Assembly (NCBI GenBank): GCA_034521025.1
Contig: JAXHMZ010000003.1
Span: 15,726 to 79,725, forward strand
Length of the DNA stretch: 64,000 nt
From: Candidatus Campbellbacteria bacterium
GTDB lineage: Bacteria; Patescibacteriota; Minisyncoccia; Phycocordibacterales; JAXHMZ01
Direction: 5' to 3'
The number at the start of each line of letters is the position of its first letter. Positions within the stretch are counted from its first letter, which is position 1. The notes below the pieces were generated by a model. It saw only the letters and a list, made by a program, of their open reading frames with translations, made no database searches and was not told the origin of the DNA. Both the position numbers and the translations under genes were made by a program. Positions 20,567 to 30,325 of this stretch are shown piece after piece.

Positions 20567-20767
20567 TTAGGCTTTGTTAACGTTGACCGCGTTGAATCCT
20601 TTCGGACCCTCGGCTACTTCAAACGTTAGCTTGTCACCTTCGCGAAGCTCGTCGAACTCTACGTTCTGGAGCTCGTTGGAATGAAAGAAAAGATCTTTGT
20701 CTTCTCCTTCGCGACTGATAAAGCCGAAGCCTTTGTCAGTCAGTCCTGCGATAGTTCCTTCTTGCAT
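20567..20767 (-). CDS. cspA: Cold-shock protein
   Basis: KGFGFI, LFFH RNP motifs, GPKG..AVNV. Confidence 0.92.
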   Translation of the reverse strand: MQEGTIAGLTDKGFGFISREGEDKDLFFHSNELQNVEFDELREGDKLTFEVAEGPKGFNAVNVNKA

Positions 20768-20909
20768 AACTGTAAAAATACTTTTTTATAATGATCAAAT
20801 ACAGCGGCAGGAGTGGGAAACTCGAACCATGCTTCTACGTCTCTGGGCTGAGTTGATATCTTTATCCTGTCATTTCCGGAGCAAAAAGTCAATAGTAAAG
20901 CACAAATTT

Positions 20910-21524
20910 CTAATCTACGCTCTCCCAAAGTAAGAGAGAAGCTATGCTACGATACGGTTTCCATTTTTTAACAATTCTTTCCAAGTCGTCTGTCTTGATC
21001 TGTTTCTTTTTACCATAATTCTCTTGCATAGCTTGTAAAAGACCTTTATCGGCAAAAGAGAAAACATCCTCTCTTCCAAGTGAAAATATCAAAAACATTT
21101 CCACAGTCCAGCGACCTATCCCTCTAACTCGCGTCAGCGTTCTAATGATCTCTTCGTCATTCATTTCCTCAAATTTTTCAAACTCGATCGTGTTTTCAGT
21201 AAAAGCTTCCGCGAGCCCTTTTATATATGAAGCTTTTTGCGGAGAAACTCCCGCTTTGTACATTTCTTTCTCAGTTATTGAATTAACCTTTTCTGGGGTA
21301 GGAAAGTGCTCTCCTCCAAATAAAGCAAGAAATCTTTCGTTGATAGTTTGGGCGGCCTTAACCGATACTTGCTGGCCAATAATTGACTCAACAAGCGAGC
21401 GAAAATAATTATCATCAACCCGCCAAAGAGGCATACCGTTCTTTAGGGCGAGCCGCTTCATCGTAGAGTCGGACTCGATAAAAAACTCTTTGTATTTTTC
21501 TGTATCTTTCTTCTTTACAGACAT
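20910..21524 (-). CDS. DNA-3-methyladenine glycosylase II (AlkA-like)
   Basis: SIIGQQVSVKAA, VRGIGRWTVEMFLIFSLGREDVF, WKPYRS. Confidence 0.88.
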   Translation of the reverse strand: MSVKKKDTEKYKEFFIESDSTMKRLALKNGMPLWRVDDNYFRSLVESIIGQQVSVKAAQTINERFLALFGGEHFPTPEKVNSITEKEMYKAGVSPQKASYIKGLAEAFTENTIEFEKFEEMNDEEIIRTLTRVRGIGRWTVEMFLIFSLGREDVFSFADKGLLQAMQENYGKKKQIKTDDLERIVKKWKPYRSIASLLLWESVD

Positions 21525-21836
21525 TCAGGTTATTTTTTCGGAAAATTTGTTTATCTCTTTTAATACCGGAAGAGTTTCTTTACCGAGATCGGTCAAGCGA
21601 TATGCCACCGAGATCTTACCCTCAGAGTCTTCAATACGTTCAATGATCCTGGCTTTTTCTAGTTTTTGCAGTCTGTCTGTCAAAGTTACGGGGTTGAGAT
21701 TATCAGTTGCTCGTTGGATCTCACAATAACGTTTTTGCTCCTTTTTAAGCGCGTCAATTATTCTCAACGTCCAAAAATCTCCTAGTAGTCTTAGGCAGTC
21801 AACACAGATATTCTCTTGTGCTTCTTTTGTTCTCAT
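21525..21836 (-). CDS. HxlR family winged-helix regulator
   Basis: LLGDFWTLRII, LTDRLQKLE, YRLTDLG. Confidence 0.88.
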   Translation of the reverse strand: MRTKEAQENICVDCLRLLGDFWTLRIIDALKKEQKRYCEIQRATDNLNPVTLTDRLQKLEKARIIERIEDSEGKISVAYRLTDLGKETLPVLKEINKFSEKIT

Positions 21837-21840
21837 TTGC

Positions 21841-21870
21841 TATAAAATTTATAGTACTATAGAATTTGTA
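21841..21870. promoter_or_regulatory. Palindromic operator candidate between divergent HxlR and FMN reductase genes
   Basis: tataaaatttatagt|actatagaatttgta, 12/15 symmetric. Confidence 0.55.
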
Positions 21871-21925
21871 GTATTAATAGTACGCTGCTAATTATAGATT
21901 AGCACCGCAAAATAAATAAGTACAT

Positions 21926-22498
21926 ATGATAAACATAAAGATCATAGCTGGCTCTAGCCGCCCGGGCCGCTTTAATATCCAACCAGCAAACTGGATCTTC
22001 GAATTAGCCAATAATAGAGAAAGCGTGAACGCTGAGTTACTTGATCTAAAAGAGATTGATCTGCCTTTTTTAGATGAAGAAAAATCTCCTATGTCCGGAG
22101 AGTACTCTAAAGAGCATACATTAGAGTGGTCGGAGAAAATAAAAGAAGCGGACGGATTTGTTTTCGTTACTCCTGAGTACAATCACTCCTTTTCTCCAGT
22201 GTTGAAAAACGCGATCGATTTCTTGTACAACGAATGGAATTACAAACCGGCGAGCTTCATAAGCTACGGATCTCTTGCCGGAGGAGCTCGAGCGGTAGAG
22301 CACTTGCGAGGAGTAGCCGGAGAAATAAAGATGTACGACCTGAGAGATCAAATATTGATCCCAAACTACTGGAACGGACTAAATGAAAGTGGAGAATACC
22401 AGTTTAACGAAAACCAAGAACAAGAAGCGGAAGCGCTATTAGACAACCTGGTGTTCTGGGCCGATAAAATGAAAGACATTAGAGCAGAATTGAACTAA
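21926..22498 (+). CDS. NADPH-dependent FMN reductase
   Basis: GSSRPGR, FVTPEYNHS, LKNAID, SYGSLAGGARA. Confidence 0.9.
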   Translation: MINIKIIAGSSRPGRFNIQPANWIFELANNRESVNAELLDLKEIDLPFLDEEKSPMSGEYSKEHTLEWSEKIKEADGFVFVTPEYNHSFSPVLKNAIDFLYNEWNYKPASFISYGSLAGGARAVEHLRGVAGEIKMYDLRDQILIPNYWNGLNESGEYQFNENQEQEAEALLDNLVFWADKMKDIRAELN

Positions 22499-22535
22499 AT
22501 GTAAATACGTAAACTGAAACAGCAAGATTTTTTTA

Positions 22536-22570
22536 AAGAGAGGTCAACCCGGCCCGGGTTGACCTCTCTT
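22536..22570. repeat. REP-like palindrome / terminator (GTCAACC..GGTTGAC family)
   Basis: aagagaggtcaacccgg-c-ccgggttgacctctctt. Confidence 0.7.
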
Positions 22571-22602
22571 GTTCTATTTAAAATAGTGGTATCATTTAGC
22601 CA

Positions 22603-22977
22603 ATGCAAATAATATTAACCGTTATAGTTTCATTGTGGCTTGGTTTTACTGTAGCTTGGTGGTTACGAAAGAAGGAAATTTTAGAATTAAAACTCGATCT
22701 GGACAGATCAAAAAGGGAAATGGACGAGCAGATCAATGAAGGATCATCTTTCGAGGGATTCAACGAAAAGATAGCTTTAGTCAAAGAAAACCGCAAAGAA
22801 AAGATAGTCGAACATCTCAGAAAGAGTAGAGAAACAGTCCAGACTAATAATGTGGCAGACCTTTTGGATGTATCGCGAGCTAGCGCCTACAGATATCTCG
22901 AAGAATTGGAAAATGAAGGAAAAATTGAGCAAGTAGGAAAAGCCGGACGAAGCGTACTGTATAAGCTTACTCGCTAA
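22603..22977 (+). CDS. Membrane-anchored protein with C-terminal winged HTH
   Basis: N-terminal TM, coiled coil, NNVADLLDVSRASAYRYLEELE..GKIEQVG. Confidence 0.78.
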   Translation: MQIILTVIVSLWLGFTVAWWLRKKEILELKLDLDRSKREMDEQINEGSSFEGFNEKIALVKENRKEKIVEHLRKSRETVQTNNVADLLDVSRASAYRYLEELENEGKIEQVGKAGRSVLYKLTR

Positions 22978-23006
22978 ATGCTTCAATCTATAGATTGAAG
23001 CATTTA
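22975..23006. repeat. Perfect 32-bp palindrome, copy 1
   Basis: taaatgcttcaatcta|tagattgaagcattta; identical core at 57578-57609. Confidence 0.9.
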
Positions 23007-23042
23007 AAAAGGCCCAAGTTGGGCCTCATTGCGACGTTTCAG

Positions 23043-23390
23043 TTATTCTGATTTAACGAGCTCGGCGCGGTTTTTCTCAGAGAGGAATAGAGCGGCCCAG
23101 TCATCAGGGACCCAACCCTTCTGTATCCAATGTATCCACAGACCTTCAGCGGATTGTTGTTCTATATCTGAGCCAAACCCTCGCGCTCTCTTGCCGGTTT
23201 CGGTATCCTTAACGATCCAGTTGCTGAAAATGACCTGTCCATCTTGGTTAAAAATAGTTAGAAAATCTCCTTCCTCTATCAGATGAAGAGCGTCATAGCC
23301 GGACTTATTGTCTTCAGAAAGAGCCCAGAGCACTCCTTCAGTTCCAGTCTCAAAGTGGGCATAAAGGATCCCTTGTACGGCCTCTGACAT
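23043..23390 (-). CDS. Hypothetical protein
   Basis: ggaggt Shine-Dalgarno; FETGTEGVLW and WIHWIQKGW motifs. Confidence 0.7.
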   Translation of the reverse strand: MSEAVQGILYAHFETGTEGVLWALSEDNKSGYDALHLIEEGDFLTIFNQDGQVIFSNWIVKDTETGKRARGFGSDIEQQSAEGLWIHWIQKGWVPDDWAALFLSEKNRAELVKSE

Positions 23391-23618
23391 CAGCTACCTC
23401 CCACTTTTATATACTATAGCGCAACTTCTTAGTCAACAAATTGAATTATTTTGATACCTTGGATCTAACCATTACGAAACATTGACAATGTATTATTTTT
23501 AGGTTATTATGCTGTGAGGAAACGATGTTTCCACCCCAACGAGGCAGGGGGATGTCTGCCTAAGGAGTTCTCGTGATGCGAGACACTCCGATTTCTTGGC
23601 GATGCCAAGGAGGAGAAA

Positions 23619-24497
23619 ATGCACATTAAAAAGGTACATAATGGTGAAGCGATTCTCAATTGTCTGGGTCCAAGGATCTATTATGGAAGCACATCCAAAG
23701 CAGGCGTTTTCCCGCCGGTCGGGCAAACTTACAGACAGTTTTGTTTCGCTCCCGACTCGGGAACTAGCGGAATACTCGCTTTCCGTGAACTGCATAGAGA
23801 ACCGAGCGATACAGAGTTCGTTCAGTTCTGGTGGAATGACGACAAACTCTGGGTGGAGAGAGGTATCCCGAGGCACGTACGCAACTTCTCGCAAGGAGGA
23901 TTTGAGGAAAGTTTCGGATTGATGATCACTCATCGATCCGGACATTACGTTACAAACGAGCCACCAGAGGGATTGCCGGAAGACACTCTCCTGGTGGATT
24001 TGCTAACGTTGCTCAAATACATCGAGGGTTCTATTGAGTTCGAAGAACTCTATAAGAACTCTCGGCACGTGAAGAGGCGTCGCGAGAGGGAAGAACAAGA
24101 AATTAGCTACTTGAGAGAGACCATGTTGGAACTCGAGTCTGATAATTTCAAAGCGGGTAACGCTCTCGCCGATGCACTTCGGGAGCTTGAGAAGAACCCT
24201 CTTCTCAAGCTTGTAGGTAGGAATCTATGCAAAAAACTGTCAGACATACTTCAGAAACTCAGAACATACACAATCACTTGGCGCCTTCCTCTTGAGCACC
24301 TAGAAAAACTTAAGTGCGATGACGTGGTGTCAGAGCTACGCACAGAACAAGCGGTACAACATGTGCTGAGTGAGTACACACTGGAAGAACTAAAAAACGT
24401 AAGCCACGCTGAACTAGTTGAACAACTGAATGAAGAGATCGGAAGAGTTAATCCTGGAATTAAAGTGACAGGAATCGATATCGATGTAGAGAAATAG
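23619..24497 (+). CDS. Hypothetical protein with coiled-coil C-terminal half
   Basis: aaggagg SD, 292-aa ORF, downstream hairpin at ~24516-24549. Confidence 0.65.
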   Translation: MHIKKVHNGEAILNCLGPRIYYGSTSKAGVFPPVGQTYRQFCFAPDSGTSGILAFRELHREPSDTEFVQFWWNDDKLWVERGIPRHVRNFSQGGFEESFGLMITHRSGHYVTNEPPEGLPEDTLLVDLLTLLKYIEGSIEFEELYKNSRHVKRRREREEQEISYLRETMLELESDNFKAGNALADALRELEKNPLLKLVGRNLCKKLSDILQKLRTYTITWRLPLEHLEKLKCDDVVSELRTEQAVQHVLSEYTLEELKNVSHAELVEQLNEEIGRVNPGIKVTGIDIDVEK

Positions 24498-24565
24498 TTA
24501 GTACCTTTGAATTCGTCCCGCCCGTGTCAACGACATGGGCGGTTTTTTTATATTACAAATTAAAA

Positions 24566-24961
24566 TTAAAAGTTTAAAAAAGTAATGGTTAGTTGCAGAA
24601 TAGTAGCAAATGTTACCCAGAGAAGATAAGGGATATTTACGTAAGACACCCAAGGAGCGTGCTTGTAGATCACGTACAGAGCCCAAATTAGAGTTACAAG
24701 CACAAGAATAATATCTATAGAGGCTAAAACGTTGCTCCTTAAACCAAACTGAACTGGTACAAACGCAAAATTAAAAACCAAGTTGAGCACAAAAGGAGAA
24801 AGTGTTGCAAGAGATATCTTTCCCTTAAAATACAAATAAATTACATAGCCAAAAGAGATGGCTATAATGATATATAGCAGTGTCCAGACAGGTGAGAATA
24901 TCCAAGTTGGCGGAGCCCACTCGGGCTTAATTAGAGTTTGATACCAAGTGATCGTTTCCAT
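24566..24961 (-). CDS. tspO: TspO/MBR family protein
   Basis: WYQTLIKPEWAPPTWIFSPVWTLLY, PYLLWVTFATILQ. Confidence 0.9.
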   Translation of the reverse strand: METITWYQTLIKPEWAPPTWIFSPVWTLLYIIIAISFGYVIYLYFKGKISLATLSPFVLNLVFNFAFVPVQFGLRSNVLASIDIILVLVTLIWALYVIYKHAPWVSYVNIPYLLWVTFATILQLTITFLNF

Positions 24962-25025
24962 TACTTAATTATACCGCATCTTAATGCTTGTAAGCTACAA
25001 CAGTGCCACCAAATAAGTCAAAGCA

Positions 25026-25448
25026 CTATTTTTCGTCTAATAATTTTAAACCCGTCTCTTCATCAAGTCTTCTAGTAAGTGAGGAGTCGGTAGGCGTAAT
25101 ATGAAGCTCGCACGTTACGCTTACAACAAGGCGCTTTACGTGACCTCCGATAGCACTAAGCTCTTTATTTGAAAATGTGCCGTGTATGTGCCAGACCGAC
25201 TCCTCTTCAACGATCGAGAGGTTCCCGGTAAGATTCAGGATCTCGAGCGGCTCTTTGTACTCTTTCCATACGTATTCGCGATCTTCAAAATTATAGAGTC
25301 CGATCGCGAGATCATCGGTTGCTCCCAGTCCACTGATCCAGGCACCGCTTAGCTCATTTTCTCGCGCGAACTTCTCAAGCGTCGAATGTAACTCTTCTCC
25401 TCGCTCAAGAATAAGAATAAAACTTTCTGACGTTCTTATACGTTTCAT
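25026..25448 (-). CDS. PPC/DUF296 domain protein
   Basis: LERGEEL, EILNLTGNLS, HIHGTFS, GGHV. Confidence 0.88.
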   Translation of the reverse strand: MKRIRTSESFILILERGEELHSTLEKFARENELSGAWISGLGATDDLAIGLYNFEDREYVWKEYKEPLEILNLTGNLSIVEEESVWHIHGTFSNKELSAIGGHVKRLVVSVTCELHITPTDSSLTRRLDEETGLKLLDEK

Positions 25449-25572
25449 TAACTCAGTCTATCAAATTATTAAAATATCCGTAAAATCAATTATAGTTACC
25501 GCCCAAAGCTTTATCTAAAAAAGAAAAATCCGCGCTGTTACTATCTGAACAGCGCGGATATTGTATGTAGAA

Positions 25573-26169
25573 TTACCACGAATAACTTCCCGAGACGCCT
25601 CCCGTAACGTCGCCTTCTTCGTCGCGAGACACATTGACATTGAAGCCATATCCGTCATCGAACCGAATGCCGTAACGAGCAGACACATCGCCTTCGTGAC
25701 TCACGTTTGCGGATACACTTTGGCGATAACTTCGTCCTTTCGTAACGACGTAGTTGATCGTCTCTACGACTTCGCCGTTGGTGTTTACGAACTCAACAGT
25801 TCCTTCGTGAGGAGCGTACGCCGTAAACGAGACTCCGATCCTGCTACCGGCGCGTATGCGTACAAGCTTGTCACCTGAAACCAGTAGATCTTCGTGCGGC
25901 GCTCGTACTTCGACCTCTGTGCTGATCCTGCTCGAAACGCTAACACTCAGATTAGCGGTCGTTCCGTCATCCGAGATCTCTGCCTCCATGAAAGTGGGGG
26001 AGAGATACAGCTCTTCTGCAACTTCAAACTCAATTCCTGCGTTGGGATCATTGAGTGTAATCGAGACGCCCGAAGGCATACCACTATTTGGATCTTCCGA
26101 ATCGCCTTCTTGGGCAAAACTAAATCCAAACAGGGAACTCACAAGCAGTATCACAATGACGTTACGCAA
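25573..26169 (-). CDS. Secreted beta-rich protein with C-terminal amphipathic strands ending in Trp
   Basis: TTG start with aaggag SD, signal peptide ..FSFA-Q, C-terminus VTGGVSGSYSW. Confidence 0.65.
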   Translation of the reverse strand: MRNVIVILLVSSLFGFSFAQEGDSEDPNSGMPSGVSITLNDPNAGIEFEVAEELYLSPTFMEAEISDDGTTANLSVSVSSRISTEVEVRAPHEDLLVSGDKLVRIRAGSRIGVSFTAYAPHEGTVEFVNTNGEVVETINYVVTKGRSYRQSVSANVSHEGDVSARYGIRFDDGYGFNVNVSRDEEGDVTGGVSGSYSW

Positions 26170-26255
26170 ATTATCTCCTTTCTTTAAGAACCATTAAAGA
26201 GGGGAGGAGAAATTCTCCTCCCCAAAACACCTAGTAGCAAGCGCGGTTCAGTACT

Positions 26256-26774
26256 TCACTGACCAAATGTCTGCGTACCCACGCCGCTGTTAACTCCAGT
26301 GGCGTGTAGCGTGAAGTAAATCGTTACTTGGTCGTTCGTATCACCTGGTACAAGTCCGTTGTTCGCAACGATCGTTACCGTGTAGCTCCTGTTCTGCATC
26401 GTGTTGGCAGGAATCTGCTGAGAACCAGGGTTTGCTACTACAAAGTACGAACCGTATGCAGGATGTTCATTGTAAGAGATTGCTGAGTTTTCGTTCAGGA
26501 CATCGCTTACAAGGATGGGACGATCGCTAGTGTTCGTGATCGGGACAACAACGTCAAACTGCTGTCCCGGTGCAAGGGCTCCGGAATCAAGAACAAGAGT
26601 CCACGCGGGAACCGTAAACTCTACCTGATCGGGCGTCTGGCCTTGTACAGCGAGAGTCAGGCGCGCGTTATTCCAACCGGTCCCGTCCTGGACGGGCGTG
26701 GAAGTCGCCTGACTGAAAGCAACGCCACCAAAGGTCATCGCCACGAGGATCAAAAGCGCAAACAGTCGTTGCAT
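26256..26774 (-). CDS. Secreted Ig-like protein
   Basis: Signal peptide MQRLFALLILVAMTFGGVAFS-Q; LAPGQ...VPITNTSDRPI Ig-like motif. Confidence 0.7.
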   Translation of the reverse strand: MQRLFALLILVAMTFGGVAFSQATSTPVQDGTGWNNARLTLAVQGQTPDQVEFTVPAWTLVLDSGALAPGQQFDVVVPITNTSDRPILVSDVLNENSAISYNEHPAYGSYFVVANPGSQQIPANTMQNRSYTVTIVANNGLVPGDTNDQVTIYFTLHATGVNSGVGTQTFGQ

Positions 26775-26960
26775 ATCGGAATACCTTCTTTCAAGCAAGA
26801 AACGTGAGTTTAGTCGCTTATGCCAAGCTACGGCGAATAGCTGTCACCTCCAAAGGTAAATATACATCAGAGTCTATTCGTGGTAAATGTAAATGTACAA
26901 AATATCGCACACCGAGGATGTTTATAGCAAATAACTTGATATATGTCAATAGCAAACTCG

Positions 26961-26983
26961 CAGTCAACCTGGCAGGTTGACTG
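26961..26983. repeat. REP-like palindrome (GTCAACC..GGTTGAC family)
   Basis: cagtcaacctggcaggttgactg; reverse-complement copy at 32182-32203. Confidence 0.75.
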
Positions 26984-26989
26984 ATTTTA

Positions 26990-27655
26990 TTACCACGTGA
27001 ACTTATACCTGTATCGATCGTCTCCTCTATGTATCGATTGCAAAATTTCCATATGCGCCTCCTCTGAGCCCGATCCGAGTGCTACCATTTTCTCAAAATA
27101 TCCTTTGTGGTAATACTCCGCCGCCAAGTGATTTCGATAGTCACAGAGATCCATAGTAAGAAAGCGCTCTTCTTCAGACAATTCCACTCCGACCAATTCT
27201 CCCGCGTCATATACCTTTTTCCACGCACTTGGACCGGCTTTATAGATACCGCCCATAGAGGCAAACCTAAATATAATAGATTTAAAAAATGAGTTTTTTA
27301 GGCCAATCGCTCCAAGCTCCTCGATATCTTCAGTCGTCCAGGAAAACAAATGAGTGGCAGTGAGCAGAATTGCTCCCGCGTAACCCAAGGGGTACCACTC
27401 GTGATATTTGAACTCAAATAAATTGACAGGGTGACCTATCTCTTTTAATTTTTCTTCAATTTTTTTCGCGCTTCCTTCTCCTTCTTTATGCTCAATTGCT
27501 TTGACCTTGTCTCCATCTAACGATGCCCCACGCTCAAACCCACTAAACATCATACACCTGTCTACCTCAAGTTTGAGAGCGTCAAGCGTCCCAACGTCGA
27601 GCGTGTCTTTAGTTGGATCATCCACGCTGAGTTTTAATTCTTCTGTTGAGTACAT
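26990..27655 (-). CDS. Hypothetical protein (possible V4R/H-NOX-like fold)
   Basis: 221-aa ORF with EWYPLG, WKKVYDAGEL, GYFE..., YKFTW end. Confidence 0.6.
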   Translation of the reverse strand: MYSTEELKLSVDDPTKDTLDVGTLDALKLEVDRCMMFSGFERGASLDGDKVKAIEHKEGEGSAKKIEEKLKEIGHPVNLFEFKYHEWYPLGYAGAILLTATHLFSWTTEDIEELGAIGLKNSFFKSIIFRFASMGGIYKAGPSAWKKVYDAGELVGVELSEEERFLTMDLCDYRNHLAAEYYHKGYFEKMVALGSGSEEAHMEILQSIHRGDDRYRYKFTW

Positions 27656-27739
27656 AAAAGCCTTGCTAGATCCTTTTAGTATACCAAATATTAAAGAAAC
27701 AAACTCAGCAGACTATTACTTTGTGAATACACCATCTAT

Positions 27740-28930
27740 TTATAGCCTGAATTTTACAAAGAGGTAGATAGACAAACAAATGAGTAACAACAAGATCGTA
27801 ACTATAATAAGAAGAAAATTATCTTGCTCCTTTGTTGTATCAGGAGAAACTTGTTCTGCGCCTGATTTCGCGCCCGATTCAAAGAGTGCAAAATAGGTTA
27901 AGTGGTCGACAGAAAACGTTGCCGTTCGCGCGCCGAATGTTACATCTGATACTTTATCCCAATCCTTAGTATTGTTGTTTAAATAATAGGCCCCTACATT
28001 TTCTCGATCCGCGAGCGGCCTGAGCGTAGGCACGAACAGAGTGATCTCAATAGGGTTATCAAATGACTGAATGGACGCTCCATTGCTGTCTATCGCCTCA
28101 ACGCGAAAAAGACCATTTTCAACAAGAGATAGATCGCTTGTCGGTGTATGTACATTTAAAATTTGCTCTATTGCGTTTTCTTCAGGTATTAGCGCATCTA
28201 CTGTAACAGCTCTCTCTTTTGTGGCTTCTTCCGGTATCTTTACGATAATAGCGCGAAAACCATCCTCTGGTACCTCTCTACCGAGAGTGGGTGAATCACT
28301 CCTAACCAACAAACCAGAATGATCCTTTGGTAGGCTAAGAGGGTCATTGTGTCTTTCTACATAACGTTCGGATGAATTATTGCGTAAAGTAGGAATATCT
28401 AGAGGGGCGGTTTGGAAAAAATGTGATATTTCTTCTGATTCAGTGTTTGCGTCGGTATTTATTTTTAAGTTTGGATTTATATATCGCTCTATTTCTTCTG
28501 TAACAAAAGGGAAGTCATAGCCACGCTCCCACTGTTGGGTAATTCCTTCTCCGTTATCATCTATCGCGGTTTCTGATTCTGTTGGTCTGTTCATTCCAAA
28601 ACCGAAGATATCTATAGTACCGTTTCCAGATCCAGAGGATCCTTCCGGTTCGCTTTCGCCGGTACACTGTGAAGTGTTGATCGTGCAGTCGGAGTTACAG
28701 TATAACAGCCCCTCTTCAAACCCCATTTTTTTGCACGTCCTTCCGCCGAGGTTTAATCCGTCGCATTCTTCAGTTCCTTCTCTTACATTATTACCGCATA
28801 TGCCGATTTTAACCTTGGACTCAATAGTTGCCGTGTCAGCAAGTGCCGAGAACGCAAAAAAATAAACGGCAACAACGCAGGTCGCCGCAATAAAGGTATA
28901 TAAAAGAAATTTTGTTGTTAGTGCCTTCAT
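27740..28930 (-). CDS. Cell-surface protein with Cys-rich repeat and C-terminal membrane anchor
   Basis: Signal peptide; CGNNVREGTEECDG...C..C...C....C; VDHLTYFALF; C-terminal TM. Confidence 0.8.
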   Translation of the reverse strand: MKALTTKFLLYTFIAATCVVAVYFFAFSALADTATIESKVKIGICGNNVREGTEECDGLNLGGRTCKKMGFEEGLLYCNSDCTINTSQCTGESEPEGSSGSGNGTIDIFGFGMNRPTESETAIDDNGEGITQQWERGYDFPFVTEEIERYINPNLKINTDANTESEEISHFFQTAPLDIPTLRNNSSERYVERHNDPLSLPKDHSGLLVRSDSPTLGREVPEDGFRAIIVKIPEEATKERAVTVDALIPEENAIEQILNVHTPTSDLSLVENGLFRVEAIDSNGASIQSFDNPIEITLFVPTLRPLADRENVGAYYLNNNTKDWDKVSDVTFGARTATFSVDHLTYFALFESGAKSGAEQVSPDTTKEQDNFLLIIVTILLLLICLSIYLFVKFRL

Positions 28931-29005
28931 TCTCTTCCCGATTATCTTACAACAAATAACTCGCCCACGGGTGACTCCGAGAGCTATAAAGCAAAAGATA
29001 ACGAT

Positions 29006-29659
29006 CTATTTTTGCTTCATCTTTACACCAAATTCAAAAGAAACATACCTGCGCAATAGCGCAACGATAATCGCTCCTAGCAAAACAACAAGAATCACAT
29101 ACGACCAAGGGCTATGTGTTTCTACGATGGAAAGACCCCTGTAGTAAAGTCCCTGGAATATATTCGCAGGTGCTACGGTGAAATATAGCTTGGTCGCTGC
29201 CGCTACACCGATACTAGTTGCGCCTCCTTCGCCGGATTGGTCAACCGGCTCTGCTTCGAGATAAGCTAAGTAGTCTCCCGGTTTTACGTCACGCACCGGC
29301 AAATCGAGCTTTACATCAACTCGCTGTGTTTCACCGGGCTCGAGAGGGAATACACCAGGCGTGAAAGTAAACCATTCTTCGGGAGCTCGAAGTTCTTCTT
29401 GTCCCTGGAGATATCCTACCCCAACTGTATATTCGGCAGACTCATCGCCAGTATTGACCACAGTTACAGAGGGAATGGTGTTCAGGCTTCCTTGGCGTAC
29501 CGGCTCGTCCAAGTTTATTTTACCGGTAGTTACTCCGACCCCTACGGTGCCGCTAGCAAACTGCGGAATCAAAATAGCTAGAAATAGGATAGCCACTACG
29601 GCAACTAGTAGCAGCCAAGAAGTTAAGTAATGTATTCTGCTTTTTATACTATTAGACAA
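29006..29659 (-). CDS. Ig-fold membrane protein resembling DUF916/PapD-like chaperones
   Basis: VGVGVTTGKI, VVNTGD, WFTFTP..F.LEPGETQRVDV, PGDYLAYL; N- and C-terminal hydrophobic helices. Confidence 0.65.
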   Translation of the reverse strand: MSNSIKSRIHYLTSWLLLVAVVAILFLAILIPQFASGTVGVGVTTGKINLDEPVRQGSLNTIPSVTVVNTGDESAEYTVGVGYLQGQEELRAPEEWFTFTPGVFPLEPGETQRVDVKLDLPVRDVKPGDYLAYLEAEPVDQSGEGGATSIGVAAATKLYFTVAPANIFQGLYYRGLSIVETHSPWSYVILVVLLGAIIVALLRRYVSFEFGVKMKQK

Positions 29660-29666
29660 AATAAAT

Positions 29667-30230
29667 TTAGTTAGCGCTGGCTCGCAATGTCATATCAGCA
29701 TTCTTCTGATCAGTGTCATTTGAGCTCGTAGGAGTTTGGATTTCGAGATGGAAATCAACCGTACTAGCCGTGGCTACGCCCGTCTTTAGAGACTTATAGC
29801 TCGTTGTCAGATCATCATAGCTCGTGTCATCTGTCGTGCAGTCATTGTCAGTATTATTACAGAACCTATGTACATACGCGTCTGTCCCAGCAGTGGCGGA
29901 CAGTGTCCAATCATTTGATCCCGTACCAGAAGCGTCCTGTCCTTGTATATCCACATCCACGGCTACGTTACCTTCGTTTGTTACCGTCTGTAGGTCATTC
30001 ACACCGGTTGCGGTCGCGTCTATACCGTCCGTTGTCGTATCTTCTTTTTCTCCCGCACTTATTATGCCGTAGTCAATACTTCCGTCAGCAACCGATATTG
30101 AGATCTCCTCGGCTTGCACAGTGGCGGTAACAGTCGTTGTATCTTGGGCGTTTGCGCCACTCCATACAACAACGCCCAATAGGGCAACTACCATCACTCC
30201 TAATAAACTCGATATTGATATTCTCTCCAT
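29667..30230 (-). CDS. Secreted Thr/Asp-rich beta protein, putative fibre subunit
   Basis: Signal peptide ..ANA-Q; TTTVTATV N-terminal strand; domain homologous to the C-terminus of 30326-31456. Confidence 0.75.
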   Translation of the reverse strand: MERISISSLLGVMVVALLGVVVWSGANAQDTTTVTATVQAEEISISVADGSIDYGIISAGEKEDTTTDGIDATATGVNDLQTVTNEGNVAVDVDIQGQDASGTGSNDWTLSATAGTDAYVHRFCNNTDNDCTTDDTSYDDLTTSYKSLKTGVATASTVDFHLEIQTPTSSNDTDQKNADMTLRASAN

Positions 30231-30325
30231 ACTATTATTACTTATTTTTAAACTATATTCGCTTTATGCTTTACATAATACATAATACAGCAATCTCAAA
30301 TTTTTGTTATCCACAACGGTTAAGC

